This document shows positions 1 to 9,935 of a stretch of DNA of 64,000 bases, one piece after another. Source of the DNA: Bacteroidota bacterium (GTDB lineage Bacteria; Bacteroidota; Bacteroidia; Chitinophagales; Chitinophagaceae); the NCBI GenBank assembly GCA_028875875.1, contig JAGWUV010000023.1:1984-65983 (forward strand), written 5' to 3'. The notes beneath the pieces were generated by a model. That model saw only the letters and a list, made by a program, of their open reading frames with translations. It did not search any database and was not told the origin of the DNA. The number at the start of each line of letters is the position of its first letter. Position 1 is the stretch's first letter. Position numbers and translations under genes: made by a program.

Positions 1-772
1 CAGCCCCGGCCACCTGTGCTGCTGGTAGTGTTGTTGACATAGGGAAGGGGGAGGATGAGATAGAGAATCCTGCAGGTGAAGGAGTAGAAGAGAATGTTTT
101 TACAGTTCTTATCTCCGTGTTGATGGGATAAGTATGGATGCTTTCAATATAAGATCTGTCTGCCGCAAGCATACTCAAATTATATTGACGCTTAAAAGCG
201 GGGCTTACACTTACTACCTGGTTATCACCTTTGAAAAAGTCTGTAACATCTATTACACTGCTGGTAGAATCTTTTCCAAATGCAGCGATAGGGAAGGCGC
301 TGGCAATAGGATCTAAATAAGAATTTCTAACGGCTCTTGAAATAGTATTCGTGCTATCGGCATAGCTTATCAGGGCAATCACACGCAGGAAAATTGTATT
401 GTTGGGCCCTTTTTCAAATTCAATAGACTGGTTGTTTACAAGCTCACCGCCATAGTTTCTACCGCCACCGGCTGTTTTACTTAAACGTGTAACTGCCAGT
501 ATTTCCCGGTGTAATATGGAATCCGGAATTTCAAAGTAATACTTTTCATCAACTTTATGAATTGTGAATAAACCGAATTTACTAATGGCCTTGTCTGTGA
601 TAACTTCTTTGTAAGGCTTGGGAGCAGCCGGTTTTTGACCAAAGAGCATTGCCGCAGGGGCAGCTGCGTGGCCATTTCCATTTGTTTGCGGCGTAGGGGA
701 TGGAGCAGGTTTTTGTTGAGCCATCACCACTGTACCAGCTAATAAGCCTAAAGCAAGTAGTGTTTTCTTCAT
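1..772 (-). CDS. Secreted zinc-dependent metalloprotease (DUF5117/DUF5118-type family), N-terminal part; partial, continues past the window start
   Basis: Absent from the ORF track because its stop lies outside the window. Hand translation of the reverse strand from ATG 772-770 gives MKKTLLALGLLAGTVVMAQQKPAPSPTPQTNGNGHAAAPAAMLFGQKPAAPKPYKEVITDKAISKFGLFTIHKVDEKYYFEIPDSILHREILAVTRL..., open down to position 1. It has a signal peptide. The family call from the FTIHKVDxKYYFEIP block is from memory. Confidence 0.55.
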   Translation of the reverse strand, partial: MKKTLLALGLLAGTVVMAQQKPAPSPTPQTNGNGHAAAPAAMLFGQKPAAPKPYKEVITDKAISKFGLFTIHKVDEKYYFEIPDSILHREILAVTRLSKTAGGGRNYGGELVNNQSIEFEKGPNNTIFLRVIALISYADSTNTISRAVRNSYLDPIASAFPIAAFGKDSTSSVIDVTDFFKGDNQVVSVSPAFKRQYNLSMLAADRSYIESIHTYPINTEIRTVKTFSSTPSPAGFSISSSPFPMSTTLPAAQVAGA

Positions 773-1104
773 AATTGTAATTTCAATTTTTGATTTAAAA
801 TGAAGGTATCAACGAAAAAAATGAGAATACTTATTTTCATTGATTATTTGATGAACGGATGAAATTTGAATTTGTTCTAATTTCAAACGTTTGCACTTTT
901 TTGTTTTTTTGATTTTTAAGAAAAAAAATAAACTAAACAGAAAAGTAATTTGGAGCTTTCAATAAAATGCCTAATTTGTAAGCCCTTTTTCAAGGTTTTT
1001 TGAAAAAAAATGATTTGCTTTTTTCAAAACAATTTTTAGTAGAATTGCTAACTTAAACTTTGTAAATAAACACTGTAATTTAAAAACCAAAAATCAATTG
1101 AATC

Positions 1105-1971
1105 ATGGCTGACATTAAACCAACTGCCCCAGCTGCTGCTGCGAAAGCAAACACAAGTGTGCAACCTAAGAAAAGCAGTAACTCAATTTCATGGATCGCT
1201 CCATTAGTGTGTATTATTTTGGGTTATATCATCTGGCGTTTTGTAATTGGTAATCCTAGCAACTTTACAAAACCCGATCCTAATGGCGGATTCTGGCCCG
1301 ATCATGAAGGAGCAAAAGGTGGTTTAGCTCGTATGTTCTTGGGTGGTATCATCGTACCTATCTTGATTGGCTTGTTCTTAACCGTATTAACTTTCGTAAT
1401 TGAAAGATTCTTAACTGTATCTAAAGCTGCCGGTACAGGTAACATTGCTGAATTCATCCGTAAAGTGCAATTCCATTTAGCAAACAAAGATGTTGATAAA
1501 GCGCTTGCTGAGTGTGATAAACAAAAAGGTTCTGTAGGTAATGTAATGAAAGCAGGTTTGCGTAAGTACAAAGAAATGATTGGAAACGGTGAATTAAGTA
1601 CCGAGCAAAAAGTGCTGAACATTCAAAAAGAAGTAGAAGAAGCTACCGCATTGGAATTACCAATGTTGGAGAAAAACCTGGTATTCCTTTCAACTATCGC
1701 TTCTGTAGCAACCTTGTTAGGTTTGTTGGGTACTGTATTGGGTATGATCCGTTCATTCTCTGCATTAGGTGATAGCGGTGGTGGCGAAGCTGCTCAAAAG
1801 CTTTCTCAAGGTATCTCTGAGGCCCTGTATAATACGGCTTTAGGTATCGGTACTTCAGCTATCTCTATTATCATGTACAACGTATTTACTACACGTATCG
1901 ATGGTATTACATTCGGTATCGATGAGTCTGGTTTCACTTTAACTCAAAGCTTTGCTGCTAACTACAAATAG
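1105..1971 (+). CDS. exbB: MotA/TolQ/ExbB proton-channel protein
   Basis: 288 aa with three TM segments and a C-terminal block LSTIASVATLLGLLGTVLGMIRSF...GISEALYNTALGI typical of ExbB/TolQ. First gene of an exbB-exbD-exbD-tonB cluster. Confidence 0.9.
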   Translation: MADIKPTAPAAAAKANTSVQPKKSSNSISWIAPLVCIILGYIIWRFVIGNPSNFTKPDPNGGFWPDHEGAKGGLARMFLGGIIVPILIGLFLTVLTFVIERFLTVSKAAGTGNIAEFIRKVQFHLANKDVDKALAECDKQKGSVGNVMKAGLRKYKEMIGNGELSTEQKVLNIQKEVEEATALELPMLEKNLVFLSTIASVATLLGLLGTVLGMIRSFSALGDSGGGEAAQKLSQGISEALYNTALGIGTSAISIIMYNVFTTRIDGITFGIDESGFTLTQSFAANYK

Positions 1972-2039
1972 TTTTTAACTATTTGTGTGGAAAGACCAGA
2001 GTTTTGAATCTTAATTAGTGAAATTTAAATTTTAAGAAA

Positions 2040-2699
2040 ATGTCCAGACCTAAGTTGCCACGGAAAAGTACCAGCATTGACATGACGGCGATGTGTGACG
2101 TGGCGTTCCTTTTGTTGTCGTTCTTTATCTTAACAACCAAATTCAAGCCATCAGAAGCTATCACGGTAACTACTCCAAGTTCTGTAGCCTCTAAAGTAGC
2201 TCCTGATAAAGATGTTGTGTTGATTACTATTGACAAGAATGGTAAGGCTTTTGTTTCTATGGATGATGAAACCATAAAGCAAAATATTGCCACCGTTTTA
2301 AATACAACCAAGCACTTGAACTTAGATGTTAATGCATTTAAGAAGGCAGAGTTCTATGGTACATCTTTCTCTCAGTTAGGTTCTTTCCTTGCTTTGCCTA
2401 AGGAACAACTTAAGGGAGATCTTCTACCGGGTATCCCTGTGGATAGTACCAAAGGACCTAATGAAATGATCGAATGGATGCAGCTTGTTAAAACAGCTTA
2501 CGAAGGTAAGAAGATGAACCTGCTGTTGAAAGGCGATAATGCATCTAAATATCCTGCTTTTAAAGCAGTAGTAGATGCGTTTAAGAAGAATGATCTTTTA
2601 AAATTCCAAATGGTAACCAATCCTGAATCTGTTCCTATCGGATCAGAATTATGGAAAGATAACCAGGCCAAGGGTGGTAAAGGAGCTTCTTCTGAATAA
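2040..2699 (+). CDS. exbD: ExbD/TolR biopolymer transport protein (long Bacteroidota type)
   Basis: N-terminal SIDMTAMCDVAFLLLSFFILTT anchor motif of ExbD/TolR. Lies directly after exbB. Confidence 0.85.
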   Translation: MSRPKLPRKSTSIDMTAMCDVAFLLLSFFILTTKFKPSEAITVTTPSSVASKVAPDKDVVLITIDKNGKAFVSMDDETIKQNIATVLNTTKHLNLDVNAFKKAEFYGTSFSQLGSFLALPKEQLKGDLLPGIPVDSTKGPNEMIEWMQLVKTAYEGKKMNLLLKGDNASKYPAFKAVVDAFKKNDLLKFQMVTNPESVPIGSELWKDNQAKGGKGASSE

Positions 2700-2741
2700 T
2701 GTATAAGTAAACCCAATTATTATTAATTAAAATATTGTGCC

Positions 2742-3302
2742 ATGGCAGAAATGGATACCTCGTCCGGTGGCGGTCATAAGAAAGGCCCCGGCGTCAAAAA
2801 AGGTAAGAAGCTTTCTACCCGTGTAGATTTAACACCCATGGTGGATTTGGGATTCCTTCTGATCACCTTCTTCATCTTTACAACAACAATGAGCCAACCA
2901 ACGGCTTTCAAGTTGTTCCTTCCTAAAGATGCAGATAAACCTGAGGATCAGAATAAAGCCAAAGAATCCGGTGCGTTAACTATTCTACTCGGAAAAGACA
3001 ATCACGTGTTTTATTATGAGGGAATTTTGGATAACAGCAATGCTTCTTCAAAATTCAAATCCGCCAACTTCGGGAACGGAGAAGATGGAATCAGAAATGT
3101 AATACTTCAAAAGAAGTTGACCACTCCTGATAAAGATTTCGTTGTGGTTATAAAACCCAATGAAGAATGCACCTATAAAAACGTTGTTGATATTTTAGAT
3201 GAAATGTCTATTAACATGGTTAAGAAATACGCCCTGGTAGATATTTCAGAAGTAGAAAATCAATTGGTTAAAGTAACTGAAGCTGCAAGTGCCTCTAAAT
3301 AA
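2742..3302 (+). CDS. exbD: ExbD/TolR biopolymer transport protein, second copy
   Basis: VDLTPMVDLGFLLITFFIFTT anchor motif plus a periplasmic domain. Same operon. Confidence 0.85.
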   Translation: MAEMDTSSGGGHKKGPGVKKGKKLSTRVDLTPMVDLGFLLITFFIFTTTMSQPTAFKLFLPKDADKPEDQNKAKESGALTILLGKDNHVFYYEGILDNSNASSKFKSANFGNGEDGIRNVILQKKLTTPDKDFVVVIKPNEECTYKNVVDILDEMSINMVKKYALVDISEVENQLVKVTEAASASK

Positions 3303-3347
3303 CATGTGGAATTTAGCTAACACTGCATCTTACATTAAAAACGTTTT

Positions 3348-4181
3348 ATGGAAATAAATAAAATTTTATCTGCCGACATACTTGATATCATCTTTGAAGG
3401 CAGGAACAAAGAATATGGGGCTTACGAACTTCGTAAGACTTATAATAAGCGTATCACATACGCTATTATAGGAACCTTAGTTATTTGTATCCTACTTCTG
3501 ATAGGCAGTATCTTGGCTAATTCAGTAAAAAAGAAAGCCCCTAAGGTATTCGTTCAGGATATGTCTCTTCAGGATTTTAAGCAGGATGAGAAGAAGAACG
3601 AACCACCACCACCTCCTCCGCCTCCCAAACAGGAACCTCCTAAAGTGGAGATCACTAAATTCACTCCTCCCAAAATTGTGAAGGATGAAGAAGTGAAACC
3701 TGATGAGGAAATTAAAGAAGTAGCTAAACTGGAAGACACCAAAATAGGTACTATCAACCAGGAAGGTGAAAAAGATTTAGGTATTGTAGCTCCCGTGGTT
3801 GAAAGTAAAGGTACAGGTGTGGTAGAAGCACCTAAACAGGAGGAAGATTACGATAAAGTATTTACTGTAGTACAGATTCCTGCTGAATTTCCCGGTGGTT
3901 TACCCGCTTGGCAAAAATACCTCGAACGCAATCTGAACAGTGATATTCCTGTTCAAAATGGAGCACCTCCAGGTAAATATACCGTGTATGTTACTTTTAT
4001 CGTTGATAAAAACGGTGGTATTAGTGACGTACAGGCTGAAAATGATCCTGGATATGGTACTAAAGACGAAGCGATCCGTGTAATTAAGAAAGGTCCTAAC
4101 TGGAAACCAGCTGTACAAAATGGTCGTAACGTAATCTATCGTCACAAACAAGGTATCACTTTCGTTGTTTCTGAAGAATAG
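3348..4181 (+). CDS. tonB: Energy transducer TonB (copy 1)
   Basis: Bacteroidota-type N-terminus ILDIIFEGRNKEYGAYELRK, one TM, the proline-rich spacer PPPPPPPPKQEPPK, and a C-terminal TonB domain (AEFPGG...YLERNL). Confidence 0.85.
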   Translation: MEINKILSADILDIIFEGRNKEYGAYELRKTYNKRITYAIIGTLVICILLLIGSILANSVKKKAPKVFVQDMSLQDFKQDEKKNEPPPPPPPPKQEPPKVEITKFTPPKIVKDEEVKPDEEIKEVAKLEDTKIGTINQEGEKDLGIVAPVVESKGTGVVEAPKQEEDYDKVFTVVQIPAEFPGGLPAWQKYLERNLNSDIPVQNGAPPGKYTVYVTFIVDKNGGISDVQAENDPGYGTKDEAIRVIKKGPNWKPAVQNGRNVIYRHKQGITFVVSEE

Positions 4182-4215
4182 TAATACGTAATTTTTTTTA
4201 TATAATTAATGATTT

Positions 4216-4247
4216 AATCCCTTCTTTTCAGAAGGGATTTTTTTTTG
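4216..4247 (+). terminator. Intrinsic terminator after tonB copy 1
   Basis: AATCCCTTCT-tttc-AGAAGGGATT forms a 10-bp stem followed by a run of 8 T. Confidence 0.75.
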
Positions 4248-4352
4248 CTTTGTACTGTCAAATTCAATTTCCTGTAAATATTGTTCCTCTTGCTTCGTGC
4301 ATCTGCCAACAGGTTTACAGGTGATGTGCTTATCACCTAAAAACTATGTAAG

Positions 4353-5192
4353 ATGGAAATCAATAGAATTCTTTCTGCTGATATACTTGATATTATTTTC
4401 GATGGTAGAAACAAACTATATGGTGCTTACGAGCTGCGTAAGACATACAAAAAAAGGTTGCTGGAAGCCTTACTTATCACTGCAGCGATTTGTGTACTGG
4501 CTGTTGAAATTCCACAATTATTCTTTAAAGTAAAAGCCAAAGAAACAACGCAATTATTTGTGCGTGATGTTTCTCTTGAAGAATTTAAGAAAGAGGAGAA
4601 GAAAGCAGAACCCCTTCCACCTCCGCCACCACCGAAACAAGAACCTCCTAAAATTGAGATATCAAAGTTTACACCTCCGTTGATTGTTAAGGATGAAGAA
4701 GTAAAAGAAGAAGACCAGGTAAAAGAGATTGCCAAATTAGAGGACACGAAAATTGGCACCATTAATCAGGAGGGAAGTAAAGATGAGGGTATTATTAGTG
4801 CACCGCCTACAGAAATGAAAGGAACCGGTATTGTAGAAGCGCCAAAGCAGGAAGAGGATTACGATAAGATTTATACCAAGGTAGAAATACCTGCTGAATT
4901 TCCCGGGGGTATCACTGCCTGGCAATGTTACCTGGAACGTAACCTGAACCAGGATATACCGATTCAAAATGGTGCTCCTTTTGGTAAATATGTTGTAACA
5001 CTCACTTTTATTGTTGATAAGAATGGAGCAATTAGTGATGTGAAAGCTGAGAACGATCCAGGATATGGTACTAAAGAAGAAGCCATCCGTGTGATTCAAC
5101 GCGGCCCTAACTGGATACCGGCGGTACAAAACGGGAGAAACGTTATCTATCGGCACATTCAAAATATTGTATTTGTTGTAGCACAAGAATAG
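4353..5192 (+). CDS. tonB: Energy transducer TonB (copy 2, tandem paralogue)
   Basis: Same architecture as copy 1: ILDIIFDGRNKLYGAYELRK, PPPPPPKQEPPK, AEFPGG...YLERNL. See findings for the anchor difference. Confidence 0.85.
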   Translation: MEINRILSADILDIIFDGRNKLYGAYELRKTYKKRLLEALLITAAICVLAVEIPQLFFKVKAKETTQLFVRDVSLEEFKKEEKKAEPLPPPPPPKQEPPKIEISKFTPPLIVKDEEVKEEDQVKEIAKLEDTKIGTINQEGSKDEGIISAPPTEMKGTGIVEAPKQEEDYDKIYTKVEIPAEFPGGITAWQCYLERNLNQDIPIQNGAPFGKYVVTLTFIVDKNGAISDVKAENDPGYGTKEEAIRVIQRGPNWIPAVQNGRNVIYRHIQNIVFVVAQE

Positions 5193-5263
5193 GATGGAAT
5201 AAGCCATTCTTTCATGCATACTTTTTTCAACCTCGGATTAAGGCTATTTTTGGAAAAAAAAGA

Positions 5264-6646
5264 ATGATTGGTAAACTTGGGGGATGGGATGATACTATTG
5301 TAGCGCTTGCTACGGCACCAGGTATTGGAGCCATAGCCGTTATACGTGTTAGCGGAAAAAAGGCCATCCCAATTATCAATAACATGTTTCCTTCAAAAGA
5401 TTTGCCACAACAGGCATCGCATACATTACATGTAGGTTTATTGAAGTATAAAGAAGAGCCTTTAGATGAAGTTGTTATTTCTCTTTATAAGAATCCAAGA
5501 TCTTATACCGGTGAAGATGTTATTGAGATTAGTTGCCATGGATCTCCATTTATTCAGGAAAAGATCATCAGAGCGATTACTGAAAGCGGTGCACGATTAG
5601 CCAAGCCGGGTGAATTTACACAGCGGGCTTTTTTAAACGGAAAGCTGGATCTGGCCCAGGCAGAAGCTGTGGCAGATCTTATTGCCAGTAATACAGAGGC
5701 CAGTAGGAATGCAGCACTTAAAAATATTAGAGGGGGCTTTTCTACATCTTTACAACATTTACGGGAGCAATTGATCCGGTTTTCTGCATTGATAGAACTG
5801 GAACTTGATTTTGCACAGGAAGATGTAGAATTTGCCGATAGGAAGCAACTATATGATCTGGTGCATGCACTTCAACATAATACGCAACAGTTATTACAAT
5901 CTTTTGCATTGGGTAATGTTATAAAAAATGGAGTACAGGTGGCTATAGTGGGAAAACCCAATGCCGGAAAGTCTACGTTACTCAATACCTTACTCAATGA
6001 GAACAGGGCCATTGTAAGTGATATCGCGGGAACTACAAGAGATACTATTGAAGAAGTATTGAATATAGGAGGTGTTTTATTCAGGCTGATAGACACCGCC
6101 GGTATAAGAGAGCATACAGCCGATATTATCGAAAGTATTGGCGTTGAGAAGAGTTATGAAAAAATGCGTCAGGCCGATGTTGTACTTTATTTGTTTGATG
6201 TACAGGAAACGCAGGTAAATGAGTTGAAGCTAATCGAAGAAGAACTAAAGAAAAATGCGGTGGAATATCTGCTTGTTGGAAATAAGGCTGATACAAATGA
6301 GGAAGCGATCAGGCAGAAATTTGCTTTATTCAATAACCTCCATTTTATATCAGCGAAGAATAACCTTCATGTAGATACCTTAAAACAAAAATTATTAGCC
6401 ATATCAATAAATGGCGATATCAACACCGAAGCTACAGTGGTTACGAATGCCAGGCATTATGAGGCCTTGCAAAAATTAGCAGGCTCTCTGGAAGATGTAT
6501 TACATGGATTAGATGAACATGTTACAGGGGATTTTTTGGCTTTGGATATTAGGCAAAGCCTGCATTATTTAGGACTAATTACCGGGGAAATCACCAATGA
6601 AGATCAGTTAGATTTTATATTTAGTAAGTTTTGTATCGGAAAGTAA
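5264..6646 (+). CDS. mnmE: tRNA uridine-5-carboxymethylaminomethyl modification GTPase MnmE
   Basis: 460 aa with G1 motif GKPNAGKST, DTAG, NKAD and the diagnostic C-terminal CIGK. Confidence 0.95.
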   Translation: MIGKLGGWDDTIVALATAPGIGAIAVIRVSGKKAIPIINNMFPSKDLPQQASHTLHVGLLKYKEEPLDEVVISLYKNPRSYTGEDVIEISCHGSPFIQEKIIRAITESGARLAKPGEFTQRAFLNGKLDLAQAEAVADLIASNTEASRNAALKNIRGGFSTSLQHLREQLIRFSALIELELDFAQEDVEFADRKQLYDLVHALQHNTQQLLQSFALGNVIKNGVQVAIVGKPNAGKSTLLNTLLNENRAIVSDIAGTTRDTIEEVLNIGGVLFRLIDTAGIREHTADIIESIGVEKSYEKMRQADVVLYLFDVQETQVNELKLIEEELKKNAVEYLLVGNKADTNEEAIRQKFALFNNLHFISAKNNLHVDTLKQKLLAISINGDINTEATVVTNARHYEALQKLAGSLEDVLHGLDEHVTGDFLALDIRQSLHYLGLITGEITNEDQLDFIFSKFCIGK

Positions 6647-6655
6647 GTTATTGAA

Positions 6656-6690
6656 TTAAAAATGCTCCTCATGCAGAGGAGCATTTTAGT
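6656..6690. terminator. Bidirectional intrinsic terminator between convergent mnmE and the FadL-like gene
   Basis: AATGCTCCTC-atgca-GAGGAGCATT forms a 10-bp stem flanked by an A-run on the left and a T-run on the right. Confidence 0.65.
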
Positions 6691-6699
6691 ATAAGCTGT

Positions 6700-8211
6700 T
6701 TATTTTCTCATTTTCCAGCTAATTGATACATGGTATATGTTATTGGCTAAACCGGAAATACTATTATTAAATTGATCTCCAACCAGGCTAACTGATGAAG
6801 CGGTAACAAGGTTCTTGAATGCATGCTCATAGGCTGCATTCAAAATAACTTGCTTTGATAATTGCAAAGAACCTCCTACAGAAATATGATGTTTTACTAC
6901 AGCCGGAAATACCGGGAATACTGTTGATTCGGGCACAGGATTATTGCCATATGCATAACCATATCTTAGTGTGAGCTTCTTGGTTGCTTCCCAATCTGCA
7001 CCTATTCGAATTAAAAGAACATCTTTCCATTGCAAAGGGAACGGCATTTCAATACTACCAATAGTTCCCATCATCCTGCTGATATTCTTGTTTGTTCCAC
7101 CACTTAAACTAATATTCATGTTATCAAATGCGTTCGCCCAGTTTATCCATTCAGCATCAACAGAAACTCTTAATTGTTGAGTTGCAGAGAAAGATATACC
7201 GGCAGCCAATGATTGTGGTAAACCTAGGCTTGCATTGGCATTATATTTATCGCTAGCACCCTTACTTAGATCTATTCCTAAGTCGCTGAACTGAGACATC
7301 GCTTGCGATTGAGCTTCGCTGGCAGTAAGGCTCGGATTTTGTTGCATGATACCACTGACTACTCTTGAAAAAGCATCATTCATTTGGGATGTCATATCCA
7401 TATTTGCCGTACCATTTTTATAGTGAAGTTTTACAGGTAAAGTATAGTTCACGCCAAAAGAAAATTTATTATTGGGTTGATATGCAATGCCAATTTTGCC
7501 ATTGAATTCAACAGCATTAAGACCGCTCATATTAGCGGCAGCACTTACTTCATTATATCCTAATCCTCCTGATGCCGTTGGTGCTGAAAACATATCTCCA
7601 AAGGTGAACCCTGTTGAGGGATTTATTACACCCAGCATCATTTGAGGTGGCATACTCATGGGCATTTGAAACTCCATCATGCTGTATAACACGTTTGCGG
7701 TAATACCTAAAGAAAAAGTTTTACTAAGTTTATAAGCTATTGAAACTCCACCTTGCATCACGGCAAATTTGGAATGATAATCTTGCATCATATATTCGTT
7801 AGTTTGCTTTTTATACAATGCATGATTTAGTGTGAAATCAGCACCCATGCCGCCTTGTGTGAATATGCCTACACCAAAAGTTAGTTTTTTATTTCCCTTC
7901 TTAACATAACTGATACTTCCTAATGGGAACAAGTTATTCTTTCCTTTGGTATCATTGATTGTATTGGTAAAATAAACAGAAGGAGCCATGAGAGACATGC
8001 TTGCATCAAGCTGAGATGCTTTTAAAAAAGATAGACCTGCAGGGTTATTCATCATTAATGATGCGTTGTCAAATATTCCTGTTGCTGCACCGCCTCTTCC
8101 GGAAGTTATTGCATCATAGCCAATTAACCTTGTTCCGTTCTGAGCAAATCCCTGGATATACATCAGCAGAAAGACTACTGCTGTAAGTCTGAAAAATGTG
8201 ATTGACTTCAT
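6700..8211 (-). CDS. Outer-membrane transport protein, OmpP1/FadL/TodX family
   Basis: 503 aa with a signal peptide ending FAQ. It has the N-terminal SGRGGAATGIFDNASLMMNNPAGLSFL block typical of FadL-family barrels and beta-strand-like alternating composition. Confidence 0.8.
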   Translation of the reverse strand: MKSITFFRLTAVVFLLMYIQGFAQNGTRLIGYDAITSGRGGAATGIFDNASLMMNNPAGLSFLKASQLDASMSLMAPSVYFTNTINDTKGKNNLFPLGSISYVKKGNKKLTFGVGIFTQGGMGADFTLNHALYKKQTNEYMMQDYHSKFAVMQGGVSIAYKLSKTFSLGITANVLYSMMEFQMPMSMPPQMMLGVINPSTGFTFGDMFSAPTASGGLGYNEVSAAANMSGLNAVEFNGKIGIAYQPNNKFSFGVNYTLPVKLHYKNGTANMDMTSQMNDAFSRVVSGIMQQNPSLTASEAQSQAMSQFSDLGIDLSKGASDKYNANASLGLPQSLAAGISFSATQQLRVSVDAEWINWANAFDNMNISLSGGTNKNISRMMGTIGSIEMPFPLQWKDVLLIRIGADWEATKKLTLRYGYAYGNNPVPESTVFPVFPAVVKHHISVGGSLQLSKQVILNAAYEHAFKNLVTASSVSLVGDQFNNSISGLANNIYHVSISWKMRK

Positions 8212-8650
8212 AAAATAATTTTTAAGGTGTTAGTTGAAATACTTCATCAAAACCAGTATCTGTATAAGACTTGTAGAAATAATTAATTTTCTATACTCAA
8301 TAAATAGGTAGTTGTTACTAATATTTTTCACGATGAATACGATTTTATAAATACAGTTTTCTGCTGCTATTCATTACAAGAAATCAAGTGTTAATTAGGT
8401 ATTAGTTGGATACTCTTATAATGAGGATTTTACAGTTATAGACGGCTGTAATGTATAATAATTGATGACTTCATTTCGACGAGAATATCAGCAATCACTT
8501 CAGGGTTTAGATATTGATTTTGTTTAAAAATGAATCTTTTCAGACCGCTAAATTTTAAAGATTTCTTATGACAAAGAATGATATAAGTCATGCTACACAA
8601 GAATAGCTTTCGAAATTTTAATTATGGAAATGCTATTTTTCATTTTAAAT

Positions 8651-8681
8651 ATTAATGTGCAATCATTGATTGCACATTAAT
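8651..8681. repeat. Perfect 31-bp palindrome (15+1+15), function unknown
   Basis: ATTAATGTGCAATCA-T-TGATTGCACATTAAT has arms that are exact reverse complements. It lies in the 597-bp AT-rich spacer 8212-8808. Confidence 0.6.
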
Positions 8682-8808
8682 TGCATCAATAAAAGTATTG
8701 CTGGAATTGAGTATGAGTTACACTGATGATTATAACAATTCAAGTTGTAATGTGCGGTATTATGTAATCTGAGTATTCAGAACGATTTTTTCATATCACT
8801 ATCATTAG

Positions 8809-9729
8809 TTAGAACCAGTAATTCAAATTGATCTGCCAATAACCATATGGTGTTCTATCTTCTCCACGTAATGGGAAATACATACTTCCTGAAGGTTCAA
8901 TTGAGAAATTATTGAGGAAGAAAAGCACATGCAAATTCACTTCAACATTACTCAAATTGAAAGTGTTTGTTTCATTAATAGTGTAGGTATATATACTATC
9001 GGAAGTATTGTTGCCTCCTTGTCCGGGGTTTCTTCCCCTGCTTCCATATCCTATGCGTTTTACTTTCGTGTTTTGTGAGATATATCCGCTGGTTCGTAAG
9101 AATTTAAAATACTTATCCGTGCCTGCATTCAATTGCACACTTGGAATAAAGCCAATTGCATTTTTTTTCTTCGGACCTAAATAATCCTTAAGAAATAAAT
9201 GACTTACAGCTGTAAATGCATTGATATCACTTACGGATGTATTATTATTTTGCTCATCATTACCGAAGCCGATATCAACACCGGCCCATGAATCGATATA
9301 CTTATTTTTAAAATGGAGGTGTCCGTAAACTTCATTCTGAATAGGTGAATAGGGAATAGAGGCGTTACTGTTTTCTATATATCTTGTATAACTGATGAAT
9401 GGCAAAACTTTTCCCGTATACTTAGCAAAATAAAGAGATGTGGATGTTAAGTAAATACCCGAATTTACAGGCGCAGTTAGGGCATACGCTTTTACTCGTA
9501 GTCCAAATCCGCTTTTATGATAATAATCTACATAGGGTGCTATAAATAAACTAACACTGTTACTGTCTTTTGTATTTGTATTGATATATGTTGTTGTACT
9601 TGTTTCAACACCCGCCCATAAAGAACTGTAGTCTTTTATCTTTCCCACCAGCTTTTTAGAATCCTCTTCCTGGCTGAATAAATTAACTGAAAGCAAAACC
9701 AGGACAAAAACTATTAAATTGTTTTTCAT
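8809..9729 (-). CDS. Hypothetical outer-membrane beta-barrel protein
   Basis: I take the start at the internal ATG 9729 (MKNNLIVFVLVLLSVNLFSQ signal peptide) rather than the track start 9828. The protein is Tyr/Gly/Asn/Ser-rich with alternating strands and ends in an aromatic residue (...INLNYWF), as in OMP beta-signals. No family recognised. Confidence 0.5.
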   Translation of the reverse strand: MKNNLIVFVLVLLSVNLFSQEEDSKKLVGKIKDYSSLWAGVETSTTTYINTNTKDSNSVSLFIAPYVDYYHKSGFGLRVKAYALTAPVNSGIYLTSTSLYFAKYTGKVLPFISYTRYIENSNASIPYSPIQNEVYGHLHFKNKYIDSWAGVDIGFGNDEQNNNTSVSDINAFTAVSHLFLKDYLGPKKKNAIGFIPSVQLNAGTDKYFKFLRTSGYISQNTKVKRIGYGSRGRNPGQGGNNTSDSIYTYTINETNTFNLSNVEVNLHVLFFLNNFSIEPSGSMYFPLRGEDRTPYGYWQINLNYWF

Positions 9730-9935
9730 ACAATATTTTTTTACACTCAGTAGAATTAAACTGAAAGCTACTTTGTATAAACCTTGTATACAATGATCAT
9801 GGTTAGTGCTACTGCTATATAAAGACAAGGCTGATCACAATCACGGTTCTTGCTAATCTTTATCATTATTACCTGTTTTTTGTCTGAATACTTTTGTTAC
9901 TGTCAAATTTTTTAATAACAGATAATTCTTTTACT

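Noticed and set aside
970-981. An identical 12-mer CTAATTTGTAAG lies upstream of exbB (970-981) and of the thioredoxin gene (10508-10519)
   Set aside because: It resembles the -7 promoter box but is one base short of TAnnTTTG, and I found no properly spaced TTG at either site. It is probably promoter-related, but the match is too short and too AT-rich to call.
4216-4239. The same AATCCCTTCT...AGAAGGGATT stem occurs at the tonB terminator and again at 53592-53629, suggesting a dispersed repeat
   Set aside because: Only the ~10-nt stem is shared. Loops and flanks differ, and one copy lies within coding sequence. This is best explained as chance convergence of short GC-clamped terminator stems.
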